Assembly: GCA_003246295.1 (NCBI GenBank)
Contig: QKAS01000057.1
Location: 969-32,968 of the forward strand
Length of the DNA stretch: 32,000 nucleotides
From: Clostridia bacterium
Lineage (GTDB): Bacteria > Bacillota > Clostridia > Lachnospirales > Lachnospiraceae
Direction: 5' to 3'
Shown one piece after another: positions 7,467 through 17,332 of the stretch. Below the pieces are notes generated by a model. That model had not been told where the DNA came from. It worked only from the letters and a program-made list of their open reading frames with translations, and did no database searches. The position numbers were made by a program, and so were the translations under genes. Position 1 is the stretch's first letter, and each line of letters starts with the position of its first letter.

Positions 7467-8567
7467 ATGTCAGAGATACAGGATGCTGTTCAGATTATTC
7501 GAATCGCTTACGACGGAATCGAGATCGCCATGAAGGTAGGGAGTGGAACGATCGAATCCATGAAAAAGGCGATTGATTTGTTGGTTGGACTTTTGGATTA
7601 TGAAAAGTCCATGGGGAAATCCTCTATGCGAAAACTCTTACAAAAGGGAGGAGATCTACAGGTATTTCAGTTTCATACGGATGAACTCAAGAAGGTCGAA
7701 CGAATGGCGAAGAAGTATGGAGTACTATACTCAATCTTGCCTGACGTAAATAAAGAAGATAATCGGAGTGAAATTATTTTTCATTCAGAGGCATCACCAC
7801 GGATTAATATGATGGCGCAGAAATTGGGATTCGGAGAGATTGCTGGTCTTGATGATTATCTGAAGAATAGTAGTGAAAAGGATCTTGGTAAGATGCTTGC
7901 GTTTCTCCAGGCACAACAGAGGGGAAACGGGATAAGCCACACAGGTGAAGCAGTTAAAGCAAATATTTTGATGGAGGGACTAATTGAGAAGGTCGGACTA
8001 TTTGCGATGGAAAAACAGAGCATCAGTGTGGAGACGATTAAGGAGAACTTTCGTATCGAAACAAACCAGGCACAGGAAGTGATTAACAAGCTTGGAGCGA
8101 TTGGAGTATTGGATCAGGGAGATTTGGAAGGGAATTTTCGCGTACTAATGGATAAGGATTCATTTCAGAATCGAATTCGTGGATATCAGGAGCTGGCAGA
8201 TCGTATGAGAACGGTTTCAGCTTCTAAGAATAGGGATCTTGTTGATATCACAATCGCAAAGCAGCTTGTCTGGGAGGAGAATGATCATGCGGTCAAGACA
8301 AGGATTCCGGGTGGTAGTAAAACGTTCATTTGGCTTAATAAGTCAGATGTTATGGAAATTCACGATGGAAAGACGTTGTTGACATTCCTGGATAAGAATA
8401 AGGAGTATAAGATATACTCCGAGGATAATCAGGTCGTTAACCGGATGCGTGGAGATCAATTATACGATAAGCATTATGATATCGTTGCAAATGAGGTTCG
8501 ACAACGGTATGAGAGGTTTCAACCGCAAGCGAATTTGAACCATGCAATCAAAAACAAGGCGAGGTGA
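7467..8567 (+). CDS. pcfB: PcfB-family (DUF3801) conjugation protein.
   Basis: The N-terminus (AVQIIRIAYDGIEIAMKVGSGTIESMKKAIDLL...LQVFQFHTDELKKVERMAKKYGVLYSILPD) matches the PcfB/DUF3801 pattern. The position directly upstream of the coupling protein gene is the same as in pCF10-type systems. Confidence 0.8.
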   Translation: MSEIQDAVQIIRIAYDGIEIAMKVGSGTIESMKKAIDLLVGLLDYEKSMGKSSMRKLLQKGGDLQVFQFHTDELKKVERMAKKYGVLYSILPDVNKEDNRSEIIFHSEASPRINMMAQKLGFGEIAGLDDYLKNSSEKDLGKMLAFLQAQQRGNGISHTGEAVKANILMEGLIEKVGLFAMEKQSISVETIKENFRIETNQAQEVINKLGAIGVLDQGDLEGNFRVLMDKDSFQNRIRGYQELADRMRTVSASKNRDLVDITIAKQLVWEENDHAVKTRIPGGSKTFIWLNKSDVMEIHDGKTLLTFLDKNKEYKIYSEDNQVVNRMRGDQLYDKHYDIVANEVRQRYERFQPQANLNHAIKNKAR

Positions 8568-8572
8568 ATCAG

Positions 8573-10765
8573 ATGGTACAGAAGAAAAAGGGAATACATC
8601 CATCGTTCATCTTACTGGGTGCTCTGATTAGTGTGTATTTGGGATATCTGATTAATGGTGCATGGAAGAAAGGGATTGGATATCAGGAGTTTATGAACCG
8701 ACTCAATACGGTCATGGAAACTCCAATTGCGAATTATTATAATAGCAATACCAGTAAAGCGATGGTGATAGCCTTGAGTGTCTACATTATCGCTCTTCTT
8801 ATTTATATTACAAGTAAAAAGAACTATATGCCCGGTAAGGAATATGGTACGGCAGCCTTTGCTAACATTAGTCAGGTTAATAAGATACTAGCGGATAAGG
8901 AGAAAAGTTTTAACCGAATTCTAAGTCAGAATATCAGAATGAGTCTGAATACCAGAAAGACTAAGCTGAATAATAATGTTCTGATTATCGGCGGTTCCGG
9001 AGCTGGAAAGACTTTTTATGAGGTTAAGCCGAATTTGATGCAGATGCCACATCATTGCTCCTTTATTTTAACCGATCCAAAAGCCGAAATTCTTAGAAGT
9101 TGCGGAGAAATGCTCAAGCAGAACGGGTATAAGGTTAGAGTAATTAATCTTCTTGAAATGGAAAAGTCAGATGGATATAATCCGTTTGCTTATATCCGAG
9201 AAGAAACAGATGTTATTAAGCTGATTACGAATCTGATTGCTAATACAACTCCTAAGGGAAGTAACAGTTCAGATCCATTTTGGGAGAGATCGGAAAGTTT
9301 GTTCTTGCAAGCCATTTTCTATTATGTATGGTTGCAGGAACCGATGTCACGAAGAAATTTTGAGACGGTATTGGAGTTGCTTGGTGAGGCTGAGGTGACA
9401 GAACCGAATAAGCCTTCAAAACTTGATGAAAGAATGCATCGTCTGGAGTTTGAATCACCACTGGGATGTAATCATCCTGCGCTTAAGCAGTATAACAAAT
9501 GTATGCGAGGTGCAGGAGATACCGTTCGAAGTATTATAATTAGTGCAAATTCACGCCTTGCATTTCTTGAAAATAAGCAGGTACTACGGATTTTGGCTAG
9601 GGATGAGATGAATTTGGCTGAGCTTGGTCTTGGAGTAAATGGCGATGGTGAAACGCGGACAGCAATCTTTTGCGTGACGCCCGATAGCGATAAATCGTAT
9701 AATTTCTTATTGGGTTTATTCTATACCCAGGTTTTTCAAGAATTGTATTATCAAGCTGATTTCAATTGTGGAGGAAGACTTCCAATCCATGTGACATTGA
9801 TGCTGGACGAATTTGCCAACATCGCATTGCCCGATGATTTTTGCAGTCTTCTCTCCACCATGAGAAGCAGAGAAATCAGCTCAGTGATTATCATTCAGAA
9901 TCTGGCACAGATCAAGGCGCTATTTAAGGATACCTGGGAAACAATCGTGGGCAATTGTGACAGTTTGGTGTATCTAGGTGGAAATGAGGCATCCACCCAT
10001 AAATTCATCTCGGAGCTACTAGGAAAAGGAACGATAGACAAGAAATCCAGTGGTGAGACAAAGGGACGGCAGGGAAGCAGTAGCCGTAACTATGATGTAC
10101 TGGGAAGAGAATTGCTAACACCGGATGAGGCAAGAAAGCTGGATAATAAGAAATGCCTAATCTTTATCCGAGGGTTTGATCCGATTATTGATTCGAAATT
10201 CATACCATTTGGACATCATTCATTCTCACAGACTTTGGATGGCAAGGGAAACGCTTATGTTCATGTACCAATATCAGATACAGGGATTTCAGGACCACCA
10301 TTTGAGTTCTTAAGTCCCTGTTCAGTAAAGTATTATGAAAAGCGGAAGGAAAAAGGCGATAATGTATATATCGATACCTTAAATTATGAGGAGTTCCAGA
10401 TGCTTGATCATGTTGGAATAGAAAAACGGTTTACTGATCAATGGATAGAAATGGAACGATCTGAAAAATCATTGGATCAGCAGAATATGGGTAACAGATT
10501 AGATAATGATCATAAAGATACGAATAGCGTAAAGTTTAAATCTCCTATTTCGGTTCAAAGGTTACCTATCCGAGGGGTAGATACAATTACGAACCGATTG
10601 ATTCAATGGAAGTATTCCAAAGAGCAGACAGAAGAGTTAAAGCATGCATTAAGAACTGGGATTCCTGATAAGGAGATTATGGATTACTTTTATCCGGACA
10701 CAGCGGTGGAAGAGATGCAGCGAATCAGAAATGAATTTGTGGTAGCGACTGTAACTAAATCATGA
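8573..10765 (+). CDS. Type IV coupling protein (VirD4/TraG family ATPase).
   Basis: Two N-terminal TM segments, Walker A (IIGGSGAGKTF) and Walker B (VTLMLDEFANI). ATG 8573 follows AAGGCGAGGTGA; the track start at 8564 is GTG. Confidence 0.92.
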   Translation: MVQKKKGIHPSFILLGALISVYLGYLINGAWKKGIGYQEFMNRLNTVMETPIANYYNSNTSKAMVIALSVYIIALLIYITSKKNYMPGKEYGTAAFANISQVNKILADKEKSFNRILSQNIRMSLNTRKTKLNNNVLIIGGSGAGKTFYEVKPNLMQMPHHCSFILTDPKAEILRSCGEMLKQNGYKVRVINLLEMEKSDGYNPFAYIREETDVIKLITNLIANTTPKGSNSSDPFWERSESLFLQAIFYYVWLQEPMSRRNFETVLELLGEAEVTEPNKPSKLDERMHRLEFESPLGCNHPALKQYNKCMRGAGDTVRSIIISANSRLAFLENKQVLRILARDEMNLAELGLGVNGDGETRTAIFCVTPDSDKSYNFLLGLFYTQVFQELYYQADFNCGGRLPIHVTLMLDEFANIALPDDFCSLLSTMRSREISSVIIIQNLAQIKALFKDTWETIVGNCDSLVYLGGNEASTHKFISELLGKGTIDKKSSGETKGRQGSSSRNYDVLGRELLTPDEARKLDNKKCLIFIRGFDPIIDSKFIPFGHHSFSQTLDGKGNAYVHVPISDTGISGPPFEFLSPCSVKYYEKRKEKGDNVYIDTLNYEEFQMLDHVGIEKRFTDQWIEMERSEKSLDQQNMGNRLDNDHKDTNSVKFKSPISVQRLPIRGVDTITNRLIQWKYSKEQTEELKHALRTGIPDKEIMDYFYPDTAVEEMQRIRNEFVVATVTKS

Positions 10766-10896
10766 GTTGCTTCTTATTCATAAATGTTGTGTGATAAGCG
10801 GTGGATTTCATCCAGAGCTTATGGGATATCTTTGTGGATTAAATGCTGATTTAGAAAAAGACTCGTGGAAAACAATCAAATAATATTTTATCTGAG

Positions 10897-10920
10897 CAGC
10901 CGTTTCTGGCTGTTTTTCTG
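10897..10920 (+). terminator. Intrinsic terminator after the coupling protein gene.
   Basis: CAGCC (10897-10901) pairs with GGCTG (10908-10912) around a 6-nt loop, followed by TTTTTCTGTTT. A second GC-rich hairpin (GCCGGG-GAAAG-CCCGGC) lies at 10949-10965. Confidence 0.55.
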
Positions 10921-11125
10921 TTTAAAGGGGTGATTAAAACAAACACATGCCGGGGAAAGCCCGGCTTCCTTTATATTCGGGGCAACCCATTTTATAGATT
11001 CGTTTAGTAAAAGTCTTAAGCGAGTAGAGATCATTCATCATGGAGATTAGGTGGATACGAATAATGCTGTTTCAATTATATCGCTAATCTCCATAAAAAA
11101 ACTAATTCAAAAGGAGATTAAAACT

Positions 11126-11494
11126 ATGAGAAATTTCGAAGAAATGACAGTTATAAAGGTAAAGAGTACGAAAGAAAACAGAATCTGGAGTGAAGTGAAG
11201 AAAAAGGTTGCGGCAGGTATTTCCGGTGCTATGACGGCAGGAAGTCTTTTCACAACAAAAGTGTATGCTGCCACGGGAACCAGTGCAGTGACTCAACCAC
11301 TTGACAATCTGAAAACCTTAGTCATCGCAGTGATTGGTGCAATAGGTATTATTATTCTTGCTAAGAATGTGATGGAGTTTGCACAGGCATACCAGCAGCA
11401 GGATTCCTCCACTATGAATTCTGCGTTAAAAGGCATTGTTGCCGGAGTAATGATGGCAGGTATATCGGCTGTGTTATCCTTCCTGGGATTTTAA
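11126..11494 (+). CDS. Maff2-family small membrane protein (candidate VirB2/pilin analogue).
   Basis: AAGGAG lies 8 nt before ATG 11126. A signal-like segment ends at VYA-ATG. It is followed by two hydrophobic helices (LKTLVIAVIGAIGIIILAKN...LKGIVAGVMMAGISAVLSFLGF), as in Maff2 proteins. Confidence 0.75.
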   Translation: MRNFEEMTVIKVKSTKENRIWSEVKKKVAAGISGAMTAGSLFTTKVYAATGTSAVTQPLDNLKTLVIAVIGAIGIIILAKNVMEFAQAYQQQDSSTMNSALKGIVAGVMMAGISAVLSFLGF

Positions 11495-11507
11495 GAGCAA
11501 TAGGAAT

Positions 11508-11541
11508 AAACAAGACGAAATAATAAATCGTTTCGCTTGTT
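11508..11541 (+). terminator. Stem-loop after the Maff2 gene, possibly a partial terminator or attenuator.
   Basis: AACAAGACGAAA pairs with TTTCGCTTGTT (one bulge) around an 8-nt loop. No clear U-tract follows. Confidence 0.35.
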
Positions 11542-11608
11542 ATAAATAAGAGTCATGCAGTAAAGCAATGAAGATGCCTTGCTGCATGACGAAAGTGAGG
11601 TGATATCT

Positions 11609-12451
11609 TTGGATATCTTCAAGTTAGGAGATAAAATCCTGGCTCTGCTTGAGGTGGTTTTTGGATTTTGGAACAGTCAGGTTTCATTGGTGTTTTCACT
11701 TCTCGGACAGTCACCTGTTGATTTCAAAGGTGGAGGACCATGGGAAGTCATTCAGAATTTAGAACCCATCTTTGTGGCAGTTGGGTCATCTCTTGTAGTC
11801 CTATTTTTTGTCATTGGATTTTGTTCCGAGAGTATAGACATCCGAGAGGAAATGCGCTTTGAAATCATTCTCCGAATGCTGATGAGGCTGGGACTAGCAG
11901 AATGGTTGGTATCGAACAATGTGACTATTATGAAAGCAGTCTTTCTATCAGTTGGAAATCTCGTTGGTCTAATATCAGCAGATGGTTATAGTGAGCTTAG
12001 TATTGATAGTACGCAGGCTGAGGTAATTAAGAATCTTGGATTTGGCGAGAGCTTGATTATGCTTATTCTCGCTGCATTGTTATCAATCATTGTCATTATC
12101 AGTGGGTTCTTTTTGATATACACAGTATATTTCCGGTTTCTGAAAATACTTGTGATCGTACCTATGGGTACTATCGCATACTCAACCCTTGCAGGAAACC
12201 GGAGTGTGAGCCACACAGCACTCAGTTATTCAAGATACTTCCTATCGGTGGTATTTGAGGCTGTGACAATGGTTCTGGCAATTATGGTATGTAATGCATT
12301 TATCAATTCCGGGCTGCCTGCATTCACAGGAAATTATGCAGAGTGGGCAAAGACATTAATCTATCTGTGCGAATTGACATTTACCATAGCATTGACGGTT
12401 GGAAGTGTGAAGGGAGCGCAGAACCTAACGAGTAAAGCACTTGGACTGTAG
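11609..12451 (+). CDS. VirB6/TrbL-like polytopic membrane protein (CD0415/CD1112 family).
   Basis: There are at least 5 hydrophobic segments, and the gene sits between the pilin-like and VirB3/VirB4-like genes. The likely start is TTG 11609 (or GTG 11600) after GTGAGGTGA; the track start at 11579 is TTG. Confidence 0.75.
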   Translation: MDIFKLGDKILALLEVVFGFWNSQVSLVFSLLGQSPVDFKGGGPWEVIQNLEPIFVAVGSSLVVLFFVIGFCSESIDIREEMRFEIILRMLMRLGLAEWLVSNNVTIMKAVFLSVGNLVGLISADGYSELSIDSTQAEVIKNLGFGESLIMLILAALLSIIVIISGFFLIYTVYFRFLKILVIVPMGTIAYSTLAGNRSVSHTALSYSRYFLSVVFEAVTMVLAIMVCNAFINSGLPAFTGNYAEWAKTLIYLCELTFTIALTVGSVKGAQNLTSKALGL

Positions 12452-12669
12452 AGAGAAAAGATTATTAACATGACGGAATTCATGAAAAGAACTGCGAGTG
12501 TAGCACAATGGTACCCAACCTTGTTCTTCCTGATAGATTTAATACGTTGCGAGGTGTCATGGCGGTTGCTGTGAAATTGTAAGAGATGAAACTTATGCGG
12601 GTAAGATGAATTCAAGTAGCGTTTTGATGATGCTTGAGTTTATAAGTATTTAGAAGAATGGAGGTTATC

Positions 12670-13068
12670 ATGGAAATATTAGAATTAATGACAAGCCAGG
12701 GAAATGTTGTAATGGTTCGAATCAAAATTACCACGTACACCGATAATGGTTATATTTATATCGGTTTAGTATCGGTGGATGGCGAGCTTGAAGAGCCATT
12801 TGCCGATGTTACCGTGAATCTCGGCGGAGATGCAATTGAGTATTGCGGATATCTCGATACCGGTAATCTTCCAGAGTTGGAGGCTTTTATAACTGAGAAC
12901 GGAATCGGAGAGCATACCGGTTTTACAAAGAAGAGTGGTTATAATGAGTATCCATTTTATGTATTCAATGCTAGACGGTTACAAGCACTGTGCCCTCAGG
13001 GAGTTGCACAATATGAGCAGATGCTGAGAAGAGAACAACAAGTATATGAAAGGCAGCAATCCAGGTGA
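12670..13068 (+). CDS. DUF4313-like protein.
   Basis: GGAGG at 12660-12664 lies 5 nt before ATG 12670. The pattern YTDNGYIYIGLV...EPFADVTVNLGG...GYLDTGNLPELEAFITENGIGE resembles DUF4313 proteins of Clostridia mobile elements. Confidence 0.65.
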   Translation: MEILELMTSQGNVVMVRIKITTYTDNGYIYIGLVSVDGELEEPFADVTVNLGGDAIEYCGYLDTGNLPELEAFITENGIGEHTGFTKKSGYNEYPFYVFNARRLQALCPQGVAQYEQMLRREQQVYERQQSR

Positions 13069-13116
13069 GAATAATGGACAAAACCCAAATAAGATTTTAG
13101 GTTAGGAGGAGGGTAT

Positions 13117-13494
13117 ATGGTTATTGAGATTTCAAAGGACATCGAGCAGTACAAGGAATCCGTAATATGGGGACTTACCGCCAAGCAAATGATTTATTCT
13201 TTGGCATCGGTTGGGATTGGTGGGGGTCTCGTATTACTACTATATCAGCAGATCGGGCTGACTGCGAGTGCCTATGTTGCCATGCCAGTGGTGGCACCGA
13301 TCGCCTTGGGAGGCTTTTATACCTATAATGGTATGAGCTTCTATGAGGTCATGAGACGAAAGATACAAATGCTTTTCTTCAACTGTACGCTTTTGTACGT
13401 ATCAACGGAATCAGAGACAGAACTGAAGCGATTAATGAGAGAAGTTGAAGTTATACAAAGTGCAAGAAAGAAATGTAGGAAAAAAGGAAGGTGA
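13117..13494 (+). CDS. PrgI-family (VirB3-like) membrane protein.
   Basis: AGGAGGAGGG precedes ATG 13117. The N-terminal pattern is (I.KDIEQYKESVIWGLTAKQMIYS) followed by two TM helices. The stop overlaps the VirB4 start. Confidence 0.75.
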   Translation: MVIEISKDIEQYKESVIWGLTAKQMIYSLASVGIGGGLVLLLYQQIGLTASAYVAMPVVAPIALGGFYTYNGMSFYEVMRRKIQMLFFNCTLLYVSTESETELKRLMREVEVIQSARKKCRKKGR

Positions 13495-15890
13495 GGTTTA
13501 CCGTGGGTTTATTTACAGATGAATTTAGGGAGCTTAAGAAAGCGAGTGAACCGCTTTTTAAGGCTCCGAAATCCATACAGGAAACAATTGAAATCATGGC
13601 GGTGGCGGAGAACGGAATCTTCGAGGTGGCGAGGAACAGGTATTCCAAATGCTATCGTTTTGAAGATATTAACTATACTACCACCAAGGAAGAGGAACAG
13701 ATGGGGATATTTGAACAGTATTGCAAATTCTTAAATTCCCTTGATTTCAATTTTAAACTAACAATCAACAATAAGAATAAGGATATGGAAACCCTCCGAA
13801 AACAGGTACTGTTCCAGTTTCAGGAGGATGGGTTTGATCATTACCGTCAGATTTATAATGATATTATCGAAGATAAAATTCAGGAGGGAAGGCAAGGCAT
13901 CGAACAGGAGCGGTATCTTACGATTACGATTGAGCGCAAGAACTTTGAAGAAGCTAAAGTCCAGTTTGCCACCTTAGAGGCAACAATTCATAAAGCATTC
14001 AATGAGCTTGGTTCAAAAATCGTACCTCTTACAGGAAATGAGCGGTTAAAGGTTCTTTATGATTATTATCATCTTGGAAAAGAAGATCAGCAAAACTTTG
14101 ATATTAAAGAGTATGCAGCACTAGGATCGGATTTTAGGAATGATCTTTGTAATGGGATGGTGAAATATATGCCCGAATATTATCAGGATGAATCGAAATT
14201 CTGCCGGGCACTATTCATTAAGAAGTATTCCTCCAGTTTATCTGATCGATTTCTGAATGAGATCACCAGCCTACCGGTTCATAGCATTATCAGTATTGAT
14301 GCAATTCCGATCCCTAAGGAGCTGACGACAAAGATTCTTAAGAAAAAGCATCTTGGTATTGAAAGTGATATTATTAAGCAGCAAAGAGTAAGGAATAAAA
14401 ACAATGATTTCTCTTCAGAGATTTCGTATATGAAACGAACAGAAAAGAAGGAGATCGAGGACATTATGGATGATGTCAGAGAAAATGATCAGTGCTTATT
14501 TTATGTTGCGGTGACCATTATCATGATGGCAGAATCAAAGGAAGAGCTTGAGAGTATCTGTGAGACGGTTCAAACGATTGGAAAGCGTAATAGCTGTACA
14601 ATTGATGTTCATTATCTAAAACAACGAGAGGCATTAAATACTGCATTGCCAATAGGCGTAAGACAGGTGGAAACGATGAGAACCATGCTTACCCAAAGCC
14701 TTGCAGTTTTGATGCCTTTTAATGTACAGGAGCTGAATGATATCGGTGGGAATTACTATGGTATGAATCAGGTATCCAAGAATATCAATATCGGAAACCG
14801 GAAAAAGCTGATCAATGGGAATGGCTTCATCTTCGGAGTTCCCGGTTCAGGGAAATCATTCTTTGCCAAACAGGAGATGGGGAGCGTATTTCTGAATACA
14901 AAAGATGATGTAATAATTGTGGATCCAATGAATGAATATTTTGACATCGCTAAGACATTCCATGGAGCCGTAGTGAATATGTCAACCTATACAGATAATT
15001 ACATCAATCCCCTTGACATGGATGTGTGGGAACTCGATGTGAATGATTCCAAGGGTATGATTCGCGAAAAAGGAGAGTTTATGCTTGGATTATGCGAACA
15101 ATGCATGGGAGATTCCTTGAACTCTAGGCAGAAATCCATCATCGACCGCTGTGTCCGAAAGTTGTATATGGACATCGCAAGAACAGAGCCAAATAAGTAT
15201 GGGACAGAAAAGTATATTCCATTGATGACGGATTTTTATGAACTTCTGTTAGAGCAGCCAGAGGAAGAAGCAAAGGATATCGCTTTATCGCTGGAACTGT
15301 TTGTGAATGGATCTTTAAATATCTTCAACCATCAGACGAACGTTGATATCGACAACCGCTTTATTGTATACGGAATCCGTGACTTAGGAGCAGAGCTCTC
15401 GCCGATTACAATGCTGGTGATGATGGAGAATATTCAGAGTCGGATTATGGAGAATGCGAAGAATGGAAAAGCAACCTGGCTATTCTTAGATGAATTCCAC
15501 ATATTGCTAAATCGGGAGTATAGTGCAAAGTACCTTCAACAGTTATGGAAAAAGGTAAGAAAACAAGGAGGGCTCTGTACTGGGATTACCCAGAACCTGA
15601 TTGATCTACTTCAAAATTATGTAGCAACAACTATGCTGGCGAATTCTGAGTTTGTAGTAATCCTAAAGCAAGCGAATACCGATAGTGCAAAGTTGGCAGA
15701 GGTTGTCGGAATATCGGATGCTCAGTTGCGGTTTGTAATGAATTCGATGAGTGGTATGGGGCTGTTGAAATGTGGTAACGTAGTCATTCCATTTGATAAC
15801 ACAATAGGAAAGGATACAGATTTGTATCGCTTATATAATACAAATTTGCATGAAAAGATTGCTGAAGGTCGGAGAGAAAAAACAAATTAA
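13491..15890 (+). CDS. VirB4-family conjugative transfer ATPase (PrgJ-like).
   Basis: Walker A (FGVPGSGKSF) and Walker B (TWLFLDEFH); about 800 aa. The start is GTG 13491 or GTG 13503, after AGGAAGGTGAGG. Confidence 0.92.
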   Translation: MRFTVGLFTDEFRELKKASEPLFKAPKSIQETIEIMAVAENGIFEVARNRYSKCYRFEDINYTTTKEEEQMGIFEQYCKFLNSLDFNFKLTINNKNKDMETLRKQVLFQFQEDGFDHYRQIYNDIIEDKIQEGRQGIEQERYLTITIERKNFEEAKVQFATLEATIHKAFNELGSKIVPLTGNERLKVLYDYYHLGKEDQQNFDIKEYAALGSDFRNDLCNGMVKYMPEYYQDESKFCRALFIKKYSSSLSDRFLNEITSLPVHSIISIDAIPIPKELTTKILKKKHLGIESDIIKQQRVRNKNNDFSSEISYMKRTEKKEIEDIMDDVRENDQCLFYVAVTIIMMAESKEELESICETVQTIGKRNSCTIDVHYLKQREALNTALPIGVRQVETMRTMLTQSLAVLMPFNVQELNDIGGNYYGMNQVSKNINIGNRKKLINGNGFIFGVPGSGKSFFAKQEMGSVFLNTKDDVIIVDPMNEYFDIAKTFHGAVVNMSTYTDNYINPLDMDVWELDVNDSKGMIREKGEFMLGLCEQCMGDSLNSRQKSIIDRCVRKLYMDIARTEPNKYGTEKYIPLMTDFYELLLEQPEEEAKDIALSLELFVNGSLNIFNHQTNVDIDNRFIVYGIRDLGAELSPITMLVMMENIQSRIMENAKNGKATWLFLDEFHILLNREYSAKYLQQLWKKVRKQGGLCTGITQNLIDLLQNYVATTMLANSEFVVILKQANTDSAKLAEVVGISDAQLRFVMNSMSGMGLLKCGNVVIPFDNTIGKDTDLYRLYNTNLHEKIAEGRREKTN

Positions 15891-15906
15891 GAAAATTAGG
15901 ATGAAG

Positions 15907-15935
15907 CGGCACTGATGAAATTCAGTGCCGTTTTG
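15907..15935 (+). terminator. Intrinsic terminator after the VirB4 gene.
   Basis: CGGCACTGA (15907-15915) pairs perfectly with TCAGTGCCG (15922-15930) around a 6-nt loop, followed by TTTTG. Confidence 0.7.
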
Positions 15936-15958
15936 CACTATCAGGGGAGGTGAGTAGG

Positions 15959-17272
15959 ATGATGATTAAGAAGGTTGAAACAAAGCCAATGCAGATTCAT
16001 AAAAAACAGGATATTAAGATTCATAAAACTGTAATAATGAATCCCACTCCCAATGCGAGAAGGAAGCGTTATCTATTGCGAGGACCAGGGATAAAATCCG
16101 TAAGGATTCCGGTTGATGCAGTCTATCGATATCGTATGAGTAGAAATGGGAATGTCTCGCGGATTATGAATCATTTTCCAAATACAGCAAATCCTATGAA
16201 GTCTGAAGTTGGTAAACAACATCACTTTACCACAGCACAGAGTATTGGAGTTCTCGGTGGTACAATCGTGACGGAGCAACTGGAGGGAGGAGAAGAACTA
16301 CACGACAGTTCTGCTCTTGCAGGAATGGCGTTGCATCCATTTGTGGAAACCATTTCAGCGGGAAAAAACATGTATCAAGATAAAACTCAGTTGTTACAAC
16401 TAGCAAAAAAGATTAAGAAAGTTGATTCAGATAAACGAGCATTGCACCAGAAAAAAAGTGATTATTCAAAACGAAGATATAATAAGAAAACGGTTGGAGC
16501 GTCTAATAATGATAATTCAAAAGGATTGAAAGTAGTAGGAAAAAGGGATACCAAACCTAAAAAAGGCAGAACAGAGATTAAGAACAGCACAAGGAACCGA
16601 ATGCTGCACTTTTTTATCAATAAGTTCGGACAGAATGACAAAGGAGATAATATTGAAGTAGTTATGAAGGATCTGGTCATGATGAGGGTATCCATCATGG
16701 TAAAACATCTGGCTGGGTATATCGGAGGACTGCTTTTGATGCTGATGTTGCTAATAGCGATCGTTTCACTGATAGTAATGCTTGTAATCGCTGTTATTTA
16801 TAATTCACCGTTTGCCATCTTCTTTCCACCACTTGAGGAGGGAGATACAGTGAAGAGTGTGACCAGTTCCTATATACAGGAGTTCAATCAAGAAGTGTCA
16901 ACCCTTGCCTATGCACATTCTGGTTATGATGCGGGCTATGTAACTTATTCTGGTGCAGTAACAGATACCTTAAATGATGTTATGGTGGTTTATATGGTGA
17001 AGTATGGCGTTGGGGATACCGCATCGGTTATGAATGAAACAATGAAACGTAAGCTAAAGGATGTTTTTGAGGATATGTATAGCTTTTCAACAACTGTGGA
17101 AGCGGTGACCATTGAAAATGAAGATGAGACCACGACAACTCGTTATATATTACATGTGATTGTGACAAAAAGAACGTATGTAGATATGATCCAGATCTAT
17201 GGATTTGATGCTGAGGAAGTTCAGATGTTGGAAGAAATGATGCTGCCGGAGAATTTGGCTTTATTACAATAA
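15959..17272 (+). CDS. Basic, single-pass membrane protein. It resembles the N-terminal part of the CD1108-family / PrgK-like cell-wall hydrolases, but no hydrolase domain is present.
   Basis: GGGGAGGTGA precedes ATG 15959. A K/R-rich N-terminal ~250 aa is followed by a TM helix (GGLLLMLMLLIAIVSLIVMLVIAVIY) and then SPFAIFFPP...SYIQEFNQEV. The ORF stops at 17272 and I could find no lysozyme, CHAP or NlpC/P60 motifs. Confidence 0.6.
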   Translation: MMIKKVETKPMQIHKKQDIKIHKTVIMNPTPNARRKRYLLRGPGIKSVRIPVDAVYRYRMSRNGNVSRIMNHFPNTANPMKSEVGKQHHFTTAQSIGVLGGTIVTEQLEGGEELHDSSALAGMALHPFVETISAGKNMYQDKTQLLQLAKKIKKVDSDKRALHQKKSDYSKRRYNKKTVGASNNDNSKGLKVVGKRDTKPKKGRTEIKNSTRNRMLHFFINKFGQNDKGDNIEVVMKDLVMMRVSIMVKHLAGYIGGLLLMLMLLIAIVSLIVMLVIAVIYNSPFAIFFPPLEEGDTVKSVTSSYIQEFNQEVSTLAYAHSGYDAGYVTYSGAVTDTLNDVMVVYMVKYGVGDTASVMNETMKRKLKDVFEDMYSFSTTVEAVTIENEDETTTTRYILHVIVTKRTYVDMIQIYGFDAEEVQMLEEMMLPENLALLQ

Positions 17273-17332
17273 GGAATTTTGATGTGCATAGAGATATATG
17301 CATGAAGACATTAAAATATGGAGGAAACGTAT

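Noticed and set aside
10921-10990. A possible riboswitch or alternative-pairing RNA in the T4CP-Maff2 intergenic region (GCCGGG-GAAAG-CCCGGC, with a nearby CGGGG that could pair alternatively).
   Set aside because: I see only one short GC hairpin and a vague alternative pairing. It matches no riboswitch class I know, so I note it only as a second hairpin after the terminator.
12361-12615. The 84-aa minus-strand ORF, and a 34-aa + strand ORF (12470-12574), in the gap between the VirB6-like and DUF4313 genes.
   Set aside because: Neither has a convincing SD or family resemblance. The minus-strand ORF overlaps the 3' end of the VirB6-like gene. The 205-nt gap stays unexplained, but I cannot support a feature there.
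13519-13734. A 71-aa alternative-frame ORF at the 5' end of the VirB4 gene.
   Set aside because: It is R/W/N-rich with no SD and is fully contained in a strongly supported ATPase gene. I judge it a chance ORF.
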